From: Eledone cirrhosa
Taxonomy: Eukaryota
NCBI GenBank assembly: GCA_964016885.1
Contig: OZ024746.1
Location: forward strand, 83,948,001-84,012,000
Length of the DNA stretch: 64,000 bases
Direction of reading: 5' to 3'
Positions 41,206 through 56,936 of this stretch are shown piece after piece. The notes beneath the pieces are model-generated. The model saw only the letters and a list, made by a program, of their open reading frames with translations. It was not told the origin of the DNA and ran no database searches. The translations under genes and the position numbers were made by a program. Each line of letters starts with the position of its first letter. Position 1 is the stretch's first letter.

Positions 41206-42288
41206 TTCGCTCACTTCTTTTTAATTAATCATATATATGCATAAATATGTATGTAAGTACATGTATGTATATGTGTTTGTGTGTGCGTAAGTTTATGACA
41301 TTTTTAGTGCGATGTTATATAATAATATATCTCGTAGGAACATATCAGCTACTATACAAGTTATTTTGCTTATCTATGGATAAGAAACTTACTGAGCTAA
41401 ATGATTTTTTTCTATAAAATGTTATGTCTAGCCTAATTTAAAGCAGCCACTAAACAGGACTTATTTCGTCAACTTGTTTCAGCATTTAATTCAATGCTTT
41501 TAAGAATAAACTACTTTTTGCCAGAGCACATGTAGAGGAACATATGGTTTTGATATGTCTGTCTTCCTTTCTCTAAGTAGACTTTCTTTCTCTAGGTTAG
41601 TGAGTCCCAAAGTGAACATCACTGACCCATGGGAACGATAAGATTATTCAGTAGGGTACTAAGAGGCAAACGAGCCAGCAGCAGTATGGGGAAAGTTAGA
41701 GTGAGCCATGTTACGACAACATAACTACTAAGAAAAAGAGCCTATATGTGGTCATTCAAACATGCCAGTAATAATAACCAAATGTCCCTCAAATCACACC
41801 TATCTTTAGAATCTTACCATCTTAAAGTGTAGCAACTAGAATTTATGCTCTCCACCGCCAGCCTGATAGCATTTGTCTCCTTGCCTTGGACGAGACACGG
41901 CTCCCCAAATCCATGCTGACTCCTCTAGTCTACATATCGTCCTTTGCCACGACTGCACACACCACCCGACTGACAGTTCAGTAGGTTTTGCAATTTTGCA
42001 TTCGTAATATATTAGGCCAAGCGTCTGCCAAACGTTTCTTGAATTGGTCTTTTGGTGACACAAAATCTCACCTTCTTTGTCAGTCCAAGGTAAATTAGTT
42101 TTCTTCTTGTTCGCTCTTCAGTTATGGAGATAATTCTTTTCATTACACTGTTGACAGTACTTTCTCCATATCCAAAGGTTCAACATTGGTGGCTATGTGT
42201 CGTAATTGATTCCATATGTATACTTCTTGCTTGGCAACGTTCGTGTCTGTGTGTCAGGGGTAACGTTATTGTTATTACTATTGTTATA

Positions 42289-42670
42289 AGGGCGGTGGAT
42301 TGGCAGTATCGGTAGAGAGTCAGACATCATGCCTATGGCCCATTACGGTCCGAGTTCAAATCCTACCGAGGTTGACTTTGCCTTTCATCCTTATGGGGTT
42401 GATAAAATAAAGTACCAGTAATGCACTGGGGTAATTGCTGGCCTTATGCCAAAAGTAGAAACATTTATTACCATTGTAGAGCGTCGGAAAAAATGCTTTA
42501 CGGCATTTAGTTTCGATTGTCTACTTTCTGAGTTCAAATCCTGCCAAGGTCAACTTTACCTTTTATCCCTTTACGGCCGATAAAATAAAGTACCAGTTAA
42601 GTACCAGTCGATATATTCGACTTTCCTCTTCCTCACAATTGCTGGCCATGCGTCTATATCAGTAATCATT
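42289..42670 (+). mobile_element. Two SINE S1 copies
   Basis: 42289-42466 and an older copy at ~42475-42670. Confidence 0.82.
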
Positions 42671-43107
42671 ATTAATGTTGTTGGGGTGCTGGTGGTGTTG
42701 CTAGTGTTATTGTTGTTGTTGTCGTCATCACCAAGCAAGTTTTCAAGTCTTAATAATAAACTACTTACTTCCGAAGAACATAAATTCTTCCGTGACCAAA
42801 ACATTTATGTTCGACTGCAAAGTAGATTTGTTTATATTATTCTATCTTATATTTGCTGAATGGTTCGTTTTATCCCAGTTTTGCTGAAACAAAGGTCAAC
42901 GTGTCCATATAATTCTATTTTTTAAAATGCTTTACAAAAGTCAAGTAATTAAAAATCTCTTGTTTTATAAAAAGGTCAACATGACACATGCATGTAAAAA
43001 ATACCATCCAATTTGTTAACGACAGGCATGAATTCTACACAGAACTTAAATAAATCTCTAAGGAAATCATACCAAACACTCATGGTGGTGGTGCTGCTGA
43101 TGATAAT

Positions 43108-43289
43108 AATTGTTTCTACTTTAGGCACAAGGCCAGCAATTATCCAGTACATTACTGGTACTTTATTTTATCGACCCCGTAAGGATGAAAGGCAAAGTTA
43201 ACCTCGGCGGGATTTGAACTCAGACTGTAAAGGGACGTAACTATGCTAGAAAGCATGGCGTCCAACCCTCTACCGATACTGCCAATTCA
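43108..43289 (-). mobile_element. SINE S1
   Basis: Consensus match. Confidence 0.9.
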
Positions 43290-43911
43290 ATAATAATGAT
43301 GATGTTTTGTCGTTCTCATTGTCGTCGTCGTCGTCGTCGTTGTTGTTGCTGTTGTTGTTGATGTTTCCGCGGAATTTTCCTTAGAACTCAACTAATAAAT
43401 GTTCGTGGAAACCACCGCAAATTCGCGGAATCGTAAATATCTTCCGCGATTATTAAGTGGCAAAACACTTCATTTCACGTTGCTACAGTATAGTTAGCTG
43501 AAAATAAATACCAACGATAGCTGGGTTTACGCTTCATCATCATTGTCCTTAAAGATGCAGTGCTCTCAAGACGAAGATATACACCGACACGATAAAAAAG
43601 AGTCTCCATTCTCATGTGGATATGAACAAACTTTTGATGTACACAAGAATGCGCGTGGCTTGGTGGTTAGGGTATTCGGCTCATGATCATAAATAAGATC
43701 GTAAGTTCGATTCCAGTTCGATTTCACATTGCTCAAGACACGTTATTTCATATTGCTGCAGTCCACTCGACTGGTAAAAATGCGTTGTACCTGTAATTTG
43801 TAGGACCAGCCTTGCCACATTCTGTGTCACGCTGAATCTCCCTGCTAACTACTTTATGGGTGTACGTGTCTGCGAGATTCTCAGCCACTATCACCTCGTT
43901 TTTATAGTATT

Positions 43912-44125
43912 GTGGATTGGCAGTATCAGTAGGGCGGCAGACAACATGCTGTGTAGCATAGAGTTACGGCTCTTTGCGTTCTGAGTTCAAATCCCGCCGA
44001 GGTTAACTTTGCCTTTCATATCCATATAAGGTCGATGAAGTAAAGTACCAGTAATGCACTGGGGTCGATTTAATCGACTTTCCCCGTCCCCAAAATTGTT
44101 GGCCTTGTGCCTAAATCAGAAACCA
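43912..44125 (+). mobile_element. SINE S1, longer-tail subfamily
   Basis: Contains the extra ggggtcgatttaatcgactttcccc segment that short copies lack. Confidence 0.85.
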
Positions 44126-44205
44126 ATATTTTCTCCTTCCAAAAAATCACTCTACTTCGGTATTGATTGAGTATTCTTTTCTCTCAGCCGTCAACCACAT
44201 ACGGT

Positions 44206-45216
<1,011 letters not shown>

Positions 45217-45497
45217 GGCGATGAGAGAGATAGAGATGGTGTGTGAGATAGACGTCTTATGACAAGAGTTTCAGTATTAATAAAAGTTCCTTCCCCCCGT
45301 AAGTGTGACGTTGTGTCAAGTTGGACAATTGGAGCAATTCAATAAACGTTGAACGACAAGGAAGCAAATGGCTTACCAGAATGTCAAGTTACGAGAGATA
45401 TTTACTAACATATTGGATAATGGTGTTAAATTAAAATAGCTACTATAACTCCATCTCACCCTCTCTTTCTTTTTCCCTTTCTTTCTTTGTCGCCATC

Positions 45498-45565
<68 letters not shown>

Positions 45566-45617
45566 GCATATATATGCATATATATATAATTATTATGTAT
45601 TACTTTCTTACTCTTTT

Positions 45618-45804
45618 GGTGGTGGATTGGCAGTATCGGTAGAGGGTCGGACGCCATGCTTTCCAGCACAGTTACGTCCCTTTACGATCTGAGTTCAAAT
45701 CCCGCCGAGGTTGACTTTGCCTTTCATCCTTACGGGGTCGATAAAATAAAGTACCAGTAATGCACTGGGTAATTGCTGGCCTTGTGCCTAAAGTAGAAAC
45801 AATT
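45618..45804 (+). mobile_element. SINE S1
   Basis: Consensus match. Confidence 0.92.
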
Positions 45805-45882
45805 ACTTTCTTACTCTTTTCTGGCCCCCTTCTTTTTCTCTATCTCTATCTATCTATTTCCAATTGTCTCTCTCTCAGTTAT

Positions 45883-45954
<72 letters not shown>

Positions 45955-46139
45955 ATATATATATATATATTATTTTATTTTATTTTTTTTTTTCAGTCTC
46001 CGCTTCTACTTCATTTACATCTCCATCCTAAATATTTGAAATTGTTCTCTTTTTCTTTCACTATCCAAATTGAACTTGAACCGATAAGGTCTGGTTTATC
46101 GGGTATGTCACTATTTATAAAACACATTTTGTATTTTAT

Positions 46140-46180
46140 CTGATGAGAGCGTACCAAAGTTTTTTGGTACCCTTGAAATA
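46140..46180 (+). ncRNA. Truncated hammerhead core with canonical CUGAUGA
   Basis: CTGATGA-gagcgtaccaaa gtt tttggtaccctt-GAAA-ta; helix III and helix I partner lost into the microsatellite. Confidence 0.5.
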
Positions 46181-46183
46181 TTG

Positions 46184-46221
<38 letters not shown>

Positions 46222-46263
46222 CATATATATAATATATATAATATATATAATATATATATATAT

Positions 46264-46445
46264 TTAAGAATGGCGTTCTGGTGTTTTTATCATTCTAAGT
46301 GCGCCGACTATCACTGCTGTTGTACAGGCCTTAAGATACCACATTTTCTCAATTTTAATTGATAGATCTTTAAACTTACTGAGCTTTCCGACATATCTTC
46401 TTATCAGATTCAGAAATTCTTTTCCTATCAGTGTAGTAATGTTTC
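46264..46445 (-). pseudogene. R4/Dong-like non-LTR element, restriction-like endonuclease C-terminal relic
   Basis: KLSKFKDLSIKIEKMWYLKACTTAVIVGALRMI (cf. KLSKYKDLEIEIxRMW..VVIGALG). Confidence 0.65.
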
Positions 46446-47511
46446 TTCTTCTTGTCGTGTCCACAAGAGTGTCAGCTACAAAGCTTGGCTAGATGTGGTT
46501 CCGTTACAGCTTAACACATTGCTGTCCTTTCTCATTAAACTCTGTCAAGTCCAATGCTGTCAGGGGTGTTCCAGCAGGGGGTGGGGGGCATATCAAGAGG
46601 TGCTGCGTAGTCTGTGGTTCGATGCCTCAGTCCCACACAACGTCCCCATCCTTTAAATATCCCCATTTTGCACGATTGACTTTTGCATTGACTTTATACT
46701 GCACAGCTTATGTTTCTACTTTTTTTTACTTGATTGGGTTCGTTTATAATAATTAATGGTTTCTATGAAACAACGAAATGGAAATGCTTTTTTTCACAAG
46801 CTCACTACTATATTAAATTATACTTTCATAAAATAGGATTATTGATATCCACTCGTCCAGGTTATTTGATATATTTCTAAAGGTACTCAGTATGTGGTCT
46901 GAATATTTGTTTATATATAATATCGAATCCATTCATTATTCACTTCTTTTGTTTTTATACAATGAATAAAGATATTTTTTTCTAATAATTTGTTATTATT
47001 TTTTAATAACATATTAGAAAAAATAACCAATAATGATATGGTTAAATTATTTTGTATTTCTTAAATAATTTTCCGGTTTCACACGCGTTTCAAGGTCATA
47101 GAATTCGTCAGTACAAATTTTTTTAATGCCTGTTGCTTTAACCAGATGGCTTTTAAAGCAGAATTCACTCTTTACTCCATTGTCCTTGCCCACCCCCATC
47201 AATTTGGGTTAATTAATATTGTTGAAGAGCAACAATATCATAACAATATAAAATAGATGTGTTGTCGCCTCAGCTTTGTGTTTTAACGCCGCTAATTACA
47301 AATAATATACAATTCTTGTTTTTTCCTCGCAGTTTACTGATCGGCCATTTGTAAAAATTTAGGACTAAAGATAATGTCAAGCAGATGTAGATATATTATC
47401 TCCAATAAAATAAACAGCGCTCAGCATGAAACCGGCCGGTAACTTTACATCTACTGATATGGGTCTCTTTCACCACTTGTTGATTATTACAGCAGTGTCT
47501 CCCCCTCTCTG

Positions 47512-47556
<45 letters not shown>

Positions 47557-47630
47557 GTATGTATGTATTTCTTCATTGTACTGTGTCGCTTGCTTTGTTA
47601 TTTCTGTTTACTTTTTACACACACACACAC

Positions 47631-47691
<61 letters not shown>

Positions 47692-47700
47692 TTATACATA

Positions 47701-47777
47701 CAGGGTGTCCTCCAAAATGTATACACACTTCAACAGCATTCTTATAAAATGTGTATACATTTTTTGGGGACATTATG
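47701..47777. mobile_element. Tiny Tc1/mariner MITE
   Basis: TA-cagggtgtcctccaaaatgtatacaca...tgtgtatacattttttggggacattatg-TA. Confidence 0.7.
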
Positions 47778-48041
47778 TATATATATATATATTTATACAT
47801 AGCTAGAATAAATCTTGTTTCAAAATAGTTTGGCTCTCGTAGAAATGTTATATGGTGTCATTTGTTGTGGATTTGATAGGGGTCAATTCTCAGAAGAAGG
47901 AAACCAGGTCAAGACAATTCACTTATTTGATTCAAAGTGTTGGCAACATTGAAAATCTCTGGAAGAGATCAAATATCTTGAGTGTTTTATCTGGAATTTA
48001 ACAGTTGTCAAAGGAGAACAGTTTTAATTCTCATAGGCCCG

Positions 48042-48109
<68 letters not shown>

Positions 48110-48422
48110 GCACACGCGCGCGCGCGCACGCACACACATCCCCCTTTGATATTTATGCTCACATACACATATACATGTACACACATACATACAATCCTTT
48201 CCTCACTTTTCACACAAACACCGATTGATGTAGACTCATATGAACACACAAACACAAACATACACACATACACGCATACACACACATACACATACATTTT
48301 GAGATACTTATTCTATTTCTCTCTTTTCTCTTCCACTTTCACATATCCACAAGTCCTTACATAAACTTACAGAGATTTCACAGATTATACACACATACAC
48401 ACAGACATACAAGCTTACACAC

Positions 48423-48489
<67 letters not shown>

Positions 48490-48562
48490 CCTATATATAT
48501 ACAGTATAATGTATATAAAAATATATATATATATATATACATACACACACACACACACACAG

Positions 48563-48635
<73 letters not shown>

Positions 48636-48667
48636 CACAAACTGTACACCGCACATACTCACACATA

Positions 48668-48721
<54 letters not shown>

Positions 48722-49355
48722 GAAATACGAACTGTATATCACAAATACACACACATATTCACACACGCACACACATACACACACACACTTATATATATAT
48801 ACATATATATATATACATATATATATATACATATATATATATATATGCCTCCTCTCTTTCAATTTCTCTTTCTCTCGCCTTTTTTTTTTATCCATCTACC
48901 TCGCATTCTTCCTGTCTCTCATAAATACACTCATATACGAACATTCACATAAACATATACACAGACCTGTTCTCTCACAGGCTTACCATCTCTCTCCCCT
49001 CTCTCTCTCTCTCACACGAATTCATAGATTCTAACGTAATCATACATTTTCCCTTTCTCTCCCTTTCTCTCTCTGTGTATGTGTGTGTGTGTGTGCCTGT
49101 CAATCTGCTTCCTTCTTTTCTCTCCCTATTTGAGTATTTCTTTTACCCCATACACATTCATAACGCACACACACTCATAAAGACACATACACATACATAC
49201 ACACACTTAAGATCTCCAGAGTCTTCACATCACCCCAATATATATGTAAATAATAAATAAATAAAAATGTCGTCTGTTGTTACAATCAAAGGGTGGCTAT
49301 ATGGAAATGTTGAAAAATTGGAATATATAAAAGAATATCGACTGGAATAAGGATT

Positions 49356-49443
<88 letters not shown>

Positions 49444-49677
49444 GGGGGGGGGGGGGGGGGGGACGTGAGAAAGATAATAGAAAAAGTAGGGAAGACAGAG
49501 TGGAAATGCAGTTACCTTAAGGTATTAAACTTCCAAGAAGAAAGAAACAGTTGAAATTGAGAAATAGAGAGGGGGGGGGGGGGAAACGTGCAGTGAAAGT
49601 GAGAAGGTAAAGAGAGGGAGAGAGAGAAAACATTCTGGGAAATAAAAAGATACTGAGAAATAAAAAGAAAGTCTGAA

Positions 49678-49787
<110 letters not shown>

Positions 49788-50304
49788 GAGAGAGATTGAT
49801 TGATTGATTGATACACAGAGTTCCATAGGAGAGAGACTGAGAGAAAGAAACGGGAATTTAGAGCACCAAATCTCAGAGAGAGCGAGAGAGCGAGAGAGCG
49901 AGAGAGAGAGAGAGAGAGGGGGGGGGAGAGAGAGAGAGAGAGAAGAACCAATAGTTATACAATGACGAGAGATTGAGATCAAAAGAAGGAGAAAAGGGAG
50001 GTAAGTGATGGAGCAGAGACAGTTCCTATAATACCTCAAATAACCAGAGGCTATGAAAGGAAATATATTTGAAGTCAGTAATTATTATTTCTTTATTGCT
50101 TTGCAAGGGCCCAGTGATTTCCTACATGCACACAAGGTCACACATTTGGGGATAAGGATATAGTCGTTTGGATCAACCTTTTGATTTATATTGTTATATC
50201 GACTACAAAGGTATGGATTACCAAATCAACCCTGACAGGATTTCAATTGATAACGTCATGGACGAAACTAAATGTCATAAGTCACTCTGTCCGGCATTAT
50301 ATCA

Positions 50305-50511
50305 GGGCAGAATCGGTAGAGCGTCGGATAAAATGCTTTTCAGTATTTAGTTATGGCCCTTTACGTTCTGTGTTCAAATCCCACCGAGGTTAGCTTTGCC
50401 TTTCATCTTTACGGAGTCGATAAATAAAACGCCAGTAATACACTGGGGTCGATTTAACCGACTTTCACCTCCCCCAAATTGCTGACCTTGTGCCTAAACC
50501 AGAAATCATTA
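50305..50511 (+). mobile_element. SINE S1, longer-tail subfamily (older copy follows at ~50535-50700)
   Basis: Consensus match. Confidence 0.82.
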
Positions 50512-51871
50512 TTTCAGGACAAGAAGAAATGTGGTAGAGTGGCAGAAACATAAGAGCATCGAACAAAATACCATACAGCATATGTCCAGGCTGTTTACGT
50601 TCTGAGCTCAAATCCTACCGAGACTAACAATGTCTTTTTTTCTTTAGGAGTCGATACAATAATATACCAGTCATGTTCTGAGTCGACTTTCCCCTCCACA
50701 CAAATTATTGGTATTGTGATTCAACAACCATTCGACCAGATAGATTGTAGAAACTTATTCTTTGGCTCGTTTGATGTGTGTTTTATTACTCTGCAGTACC
50801 GATCTCAAAGTTGAAACTGATAGATATTACTTGATCAAAGACAACACTACATCATCAGTAGTTAACGTCATCTATATGAAATGAATGTTAGGGACTCCGC
50901 TTGTTAGAGTTCATTGTACTTTCATGGTGAATCGCACAGTGGTACACTCTAATCATATATATTGAATCAAATAAATTATGATCGTTTTCCTGAAGAAAAC
51001 ATTCTCAACCACGAATATATATTTTATCCAGAATCCGAGGAATCTAGTTGTTGCTTTTCATTGGAAATGGTAACACAATGGATGAAACCATATTGAAATA
51101 TATTAAGCCGCATGGGAAAGGAAAACGTATCACAAATTCTGATATATGACTTGTCTCAAGATAGAACCCCCCCCCCCCCCCCCCCCCCACACACACACTT
51201 CCAAAAAATAAAAATAGAAATGACGAAAGGAAGAAAAATTGTCCGCACATTGTTTCAAAGAGTAATAATGTGTGTCACACGTATTTAGCGTAATTCTAAT
51301 TCCTGGGTGTAATTCTTTCACATAATATATTATGTTAAAAGCGAACGGGAGTCGTGAACTCTGTAAATTTATCATAACATGAATTCACTCTGAAGTAAAT
51401 ATGGCTAATTAGACTAATGCATAATTACATAAGTCTGCTACAGTTCTCCTGTCTATATGTGTGTTGTTACGCCTCAAACCTGCACGGATATCATCAGCCT
51501 TCTATTCGACGGAATCTCAGAGAAGGTTTCTTTGAATTTTTAACGATATATATGCATGTACACAAACACACACTTTCACACACACACACACACACACACA
51601 CTTTCACACACACACGCACGTCTATGTGTGTGTATGTGAATACGTGCATATATATATATATATATTGGACAGCAGCTCACTGTTTGTAATACACAGCTGA
51701 AAGATGTGTTTTGGCTATAAAGTAAGAATTTCCCAAAGGAAGTACTTATTTGTAGCCAAAACAATGTTGTAGTTGAGTTAGACGGGCAGTGACATAGTGA
51801 GATGTCGACATACGAATGACGACAGATATTCAATATATATATATACATATATATATATAAATATTATATAT

Positions 51872-51953
<82 letters not shown>

Positions 51954-52110
51954 CCTGTGTGTGTGTTGTGTGTGTTTACGTATATATCTTTTTGCAGTGA
52001 ACTAAGATCACTCATCCAGGAAACCAAAAGCTCTGACAAAATTGTCACCGCAAATATTGGCAGAGACCATGGCACTAGGCTTGGCGTGCTCGGACGACAA
52101 ACATGTATAT

Positions 52111-52185
<75 letters not shown>

Positions 52186-52187
52186 TA

Positions 52188-52338
52188 CCGTATTTCCCGG
52201 CGCCGAAGACGAACTCTAATTTTGACAACCAAAAATTTGAAAAGAAATAATAATCAACCTCCATCATCCAGGACGCATGGTAGATTTTTGAGACTTATTT
52301 TAGGAAAAAAGTAGTGTCTTTGACGCCAGGAAATACGG
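52188..52338. mobile_element. Pogo/Tigger-like MITE
   Basis: TIRs ccgtatttcccggcgccgaagac / gtctttgacgccaggaaatacgg, TA at the left end. Confidence 0.75.
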
Positions 52339-52400
<62 letters not shown>

Positions 52401-52417
52401 TATAGATATATATATAT

Positions 52418-53116
52418 AAGAGAGTATTGAAGTTTGCTTGAAGCATTGTGGAATAATAAGGTAAATTTCTTTAAGTCGTTTGGAAGCCTCGACAATGCAA
52501 ATGGGTAAATCTCCGGGTAACAAGATCCGGTGGTGGAGAGAGAGATGTAAGTGGGTGTACGTTGAGATGCGTGGCGTGTATAAGACGTGTAGAGGAATGA
52601 AGGAAAGAGCATAAAGGATAAAATAAAAATAATAACGCGAGAGAGAGTTACCTTGGGAGAGATTTAATTGTCCCTATATATTTCGGATTCACATCCATCA
52701 ACTGGGGGTTTTTTCCGGGGTGGGGGAAAGGTTGTCTGTCGGAAAGGTGCGAAACGCGTCCTCCGCTGTTCGTTGTTTTGAATATGTTTTGATATTCAAA
52801 ACAACGAACAGCGGAGGACGCGTTTCGCACCTTTCCGACAGACAACCTTTCCCCCACCCAGAAAAAACCCCCAGTTGATGGATGTGAATCCGAAATATAT
52901 AGGGACAATTAAATCTCTCCCAAGGTAACTCTCTCTCTCGCGTTATTATTTTTATTTTATCCTTTATGCTCTTTCCTTCATTCCTCTACACGTCTTATAC
53001 ACGCCACGCATCTCAACGTACACCCACTTACATCTCTCTCTCCACCACCGGATCTTGTTACCCGGAGATTTACCCATTTGCATTGTCGAGGCTTCCAAAC
53101 GACTTAAAGAAATTTA

Positions 53117-53118
<2 letters not shown>
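52418..53118. mobile_element. Large fold-back element (family C): ~326-bp inverted arms, 6-nt loop, ~42-bp tail, in (TA)n
   Basis: 52460-52785 is the near-perfect reverse complement of 52792-53118. Confidence 0.88.
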
Positions 53119-53169
<51 letters not shown>

Positions 53170-53711
53170 TACATACGACTGCACTGGTTTGTTATTTTTA
53201 TTACTGACTCTTCACATTTCTTTATCAAGTTCTTTATGTTCAGTTTGGATCGATAGCATTCTTAAATCCAAACAAATATAAGGATATATGATCATTTTTT
53301 AATAACAGGATTACATTCGAACGTAATGATGTCTTTAATAGAACATGTTTGAAATATAAGTTTTCCACCATTTATTCGCACACATGCACAGAGTTTTCTA
53401 TTCTCACGAACCCTTCCTTGCTAACTTTATAGATATTATCTTGTTCAACATATTGTAATCTTAAAGTACATTTCTGTTCTCGAAGACTGTTTTCTGTTCG
53501 GTCTTCAAGCCCTACTACACATAGTTAAGTTGACATCTGTTTTTAAGCAATGTATGTTATAGCTGGTTATCTGTTGTCTTACACATTACAATCCATATGC
53601 TACGTGATATCTGTTCTATATTACCAACATCCTGATTGATAAGCTACCGAACATCTGATCTCCTTGTCTTTTGAGTTTGTTGTTGATGATCCGGTATTAA
53701 TTTGATAAAGC

Positions 53712-53785
53712 CTTACGGGGTCGATAAAATAAAGTACCAGTAATGCACTAGGCAATTGCTGGCCTTGTGCCAAAAGTAGAAACAA
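53712..53785 (+). mobile_element. 5'-truncated SINE S1
   Basis: TSD attaatttgataaagc on both sides. Confidence 0.85.
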
Positions 53786-54650
53786 TTAATTTGATAAAGC
53801 ACCGAAGAAAGAATATTTTGTAATAGAACATTCATTCTTGTCTCTTGTTGTACCTTCCCACAAGAACACAAAGGAAACATTTGTAGAATATGACATTAAA
53901 GATATAAACATTTCTTAACCAGGAGCACACGTGCGTGTGTGACAGCTTTTTTATTTTTTTTTTAGAATAGAAGGATGCTAAAGTGTTGCTCAGTGGTTAA
54001 AAAGTTCCTTTCGAAATCATAAAGTTCCACTTTCGTATCCATTGTGCGCAATGTGGGCGTATGTCTTCTGTCATAGCCTCGGTTAGACAAAAGCCCTGTG
54101 GATGAAATTGGGTTGACGAAAACTGCATGGACGCCCATCGGGTGGGTTGTAACTGCAATTCTTATAAAGGTACTTGGTTTAGTGGTTCAGCTTGCGATTG
54201 TAAGTTCGATTCCTCGACTGCCAGTTGTGTCTTTGAGCAAGACACTTTATGCCACGCTACTACAGTCCATTTAGGTGGGAAAAGCGAGGGGGGCTTGTCA
54301 CACAGTGTCCCACTGAATATCACTGAGAATTACGTTAGGATTATATGTGTCTATAGAATGCTCAGCCACTTTCAAGTTAATATCACAAGCAGGCTGTTTT
54401 ATTGCCCCCACCACCACCACTACAAAAAAACTGGAACATTTGTCGTCAGAACCGATGGAAGTTCAACTAACCTACACAATTGTAATTCAAAGTGCCCAGC
54501 TTTTCTCAGTGTAATACCGCACAACATTCTATCCGACGTTCTATTCTAACGACTGCTAATTCGCTGCTGTAATTCACTGTAATTCAAATTCAACGTGTAG
54601 CTATTTCCTCCTCCACCAATACCATCACCTCCTCTACCTCCTCCTTCTCC

Positions 54651-54681
<31 letters not shown>

Positions 54682-56936
54682 CAACAACCCATTCTCCCCC
54701 TCCCTCCTCTATTCCTCCTCTATTCCTCACCCACTTCTTCTTCTTCTCCAAAAATCAATAGACTCGATCATCCACTAATACATAGCTCTTAGAGAAAAAG
54801 TTCAGTGAAATGATAATGCTTATCGCATGAGTGGTCGGTATAAATAAACATCTATGTGTGCTTACGTGAGGTGAATGTTCTATGTTGTAGAAATTCTAAC
54901 TTCTCAGTCATAAAAAGAGAAGACGTTCATTGTCTCTGGAGAAATAGATTTATTGACGCCACCGTTAGTTTCGTCGTCTTTGGCTCGAAGAAATCACCAA
55001 ATTGTTGTAGTTGTAGTTTATACCAAATTAGCGCTTATCTAACAGATTTGTTATCAACGGGTTCGAGCTGAAATCATCCTTTCTTCTTTTTTCTCAAGAC
55101 AATATATCTATGACTGCATTAACCAATGTGACATTTCATTTACATTTCACGAGGCGATCGACAAATAAAGTTTTCTTCCTTTGTACTAGTGTCCTCAGCT
55201 ATATAGATTAAATTCAGGGGTTTAGGTACTTACTCGTATTTCTGCTTGTAACAGCGTTCATCCAAAATGGGCTGAGCCGACTTCAACACATGAATCCACA
55301 GCATCGCGAACAAAGGCCCTCAAACACGGCGATTACAGACGTCAAATGCGGATGTTGTCAGCCAACGGTGGACACCACATATGTGAGAACTAGATATTAT
55401 CTGAAGATCCAACCTAATCGGGTCAATCCATGTTTTCAGTTGTCCATTTTCGCGTTTACGCTATCCCGAGGGACGCTCTGGCGTGGCTACATCGAGGAAG
55501 ATTTCACATCGTGGGTGGTAGCGTGCATGATCAAACAAATGGAGAATCTTTCGACTTGGAGACATTTGTGGGAAACAATGCCACTGCGATCACGAATTTC
55601 GGAGTTTGACACAAATTTCAATGCGTAAAATAGGAAATTCAACTTAGACAAATAGTCAAATACACCCAGCTTGAGTAAGTCCATCGCTCTCATTTGAAAT
55701 CAATCATCTACTAGCGAAATTTTGCTATCAATCAAATTTGATGTAAAAAAAAAACCCTGCGATGAACTGTAAAAAACCCTCCAAAATCACAAGTAAAAAA
55801 AGTTTAATCCTTATGACCAAAACAGTAATTTATCGTAAGTTTTATACACATGGATTTGTAGAATTAATGTTTCATAATATTTTCAGTACAGATACACCCT
55901 CCACAAGTTTCTATGCACTTGCAATTCCCCGAGCACTAAAACGGGTCCCTAGCCTTGTTTCACGTTATCACTCGACCTGCTAGATATAAAAAAAACAACT
56001 AATTTTTAATCGCACCAACCATCTTCAAAACAAAAGGACACATTTGACAATGTCCTAAATATACAAGTTGGAACGTTTGTATTTTGAATCTGTTCAATCA
56101 GAGTTCACTTGTTAAGTAACAACAATAACAATAATTATTTGAACTTTTGGCATAGGGCCAGCAATTTGAAGGGAAGGGAAAAGTGGATTAAGTGGATCCC
56201 AATGCGTTACTGGGAATACATCAAAAGATTTCTTCTGACGCTCTACAATTCAGCCAATTCGCCACCCTAGCAACAGCAATATTAATAACAACATCAACAA
56301 CAATAGCTATATATGTAAGGTTAAGGATCTATTCAGAAGGGAAGATACAGATCCCATCTAATGAGTGATATGTAAACAGCTTTTTACCGTAAAAGAAATC
56401 ATTTCACGATGAATATATTAAATGCGACCCAGTTCTAATTTAGTAACGAAATTCCTGAAGTTTCAAATATCTCTCAGAAAAATAAATCTAGGAAATATTT
56501 TTGAACTATTCTTTCATTCCTATTAAAATATTTGTATATATATATTTTTAATTTTCAATATGAAAACAAATATATTTTATTTCTAAATAAAAAGGAACTC
56601 AGGAAGAAAAATATTTATTTAAAATTAAAACAATATATATAGAAAAACATTTTATCGCTATTTATTTTATGGGGAAAAGGTTAGAATCTGTTATAAAAAA
56701 AAAATCTATTTTTTTTCTCTAAATTTTCTGTGATCATTTTCTTGCAAAACATCATTAAAATAATAATTTCCCTTGAAGTTACATGCAAATAATATGAGTA
56801 ATTAAATGGTATATTATATTAACTAACTAGAGTAGTACCCGTAAAAAATGACGGGTTCTTCTTCTTCTTCTTCTTCTTCTTCTTCTTCTTCTTCTTCTTC
56901 TTCTTCTTCTCCTTCTCCTTCTTCTTCTTCTTCTTC

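Noticed and set aside
52340-53256. Paired ORFs MLFPSFLYTSY... on opposite strands
   Set aside because: Consequence of the palindrome; no recognisable domain
56827-56857. Helitron-like 3' end on the minus strand (hairpin plus CTAG)
   Set aside because: Isolated 31-bp terminus with no identifiable body
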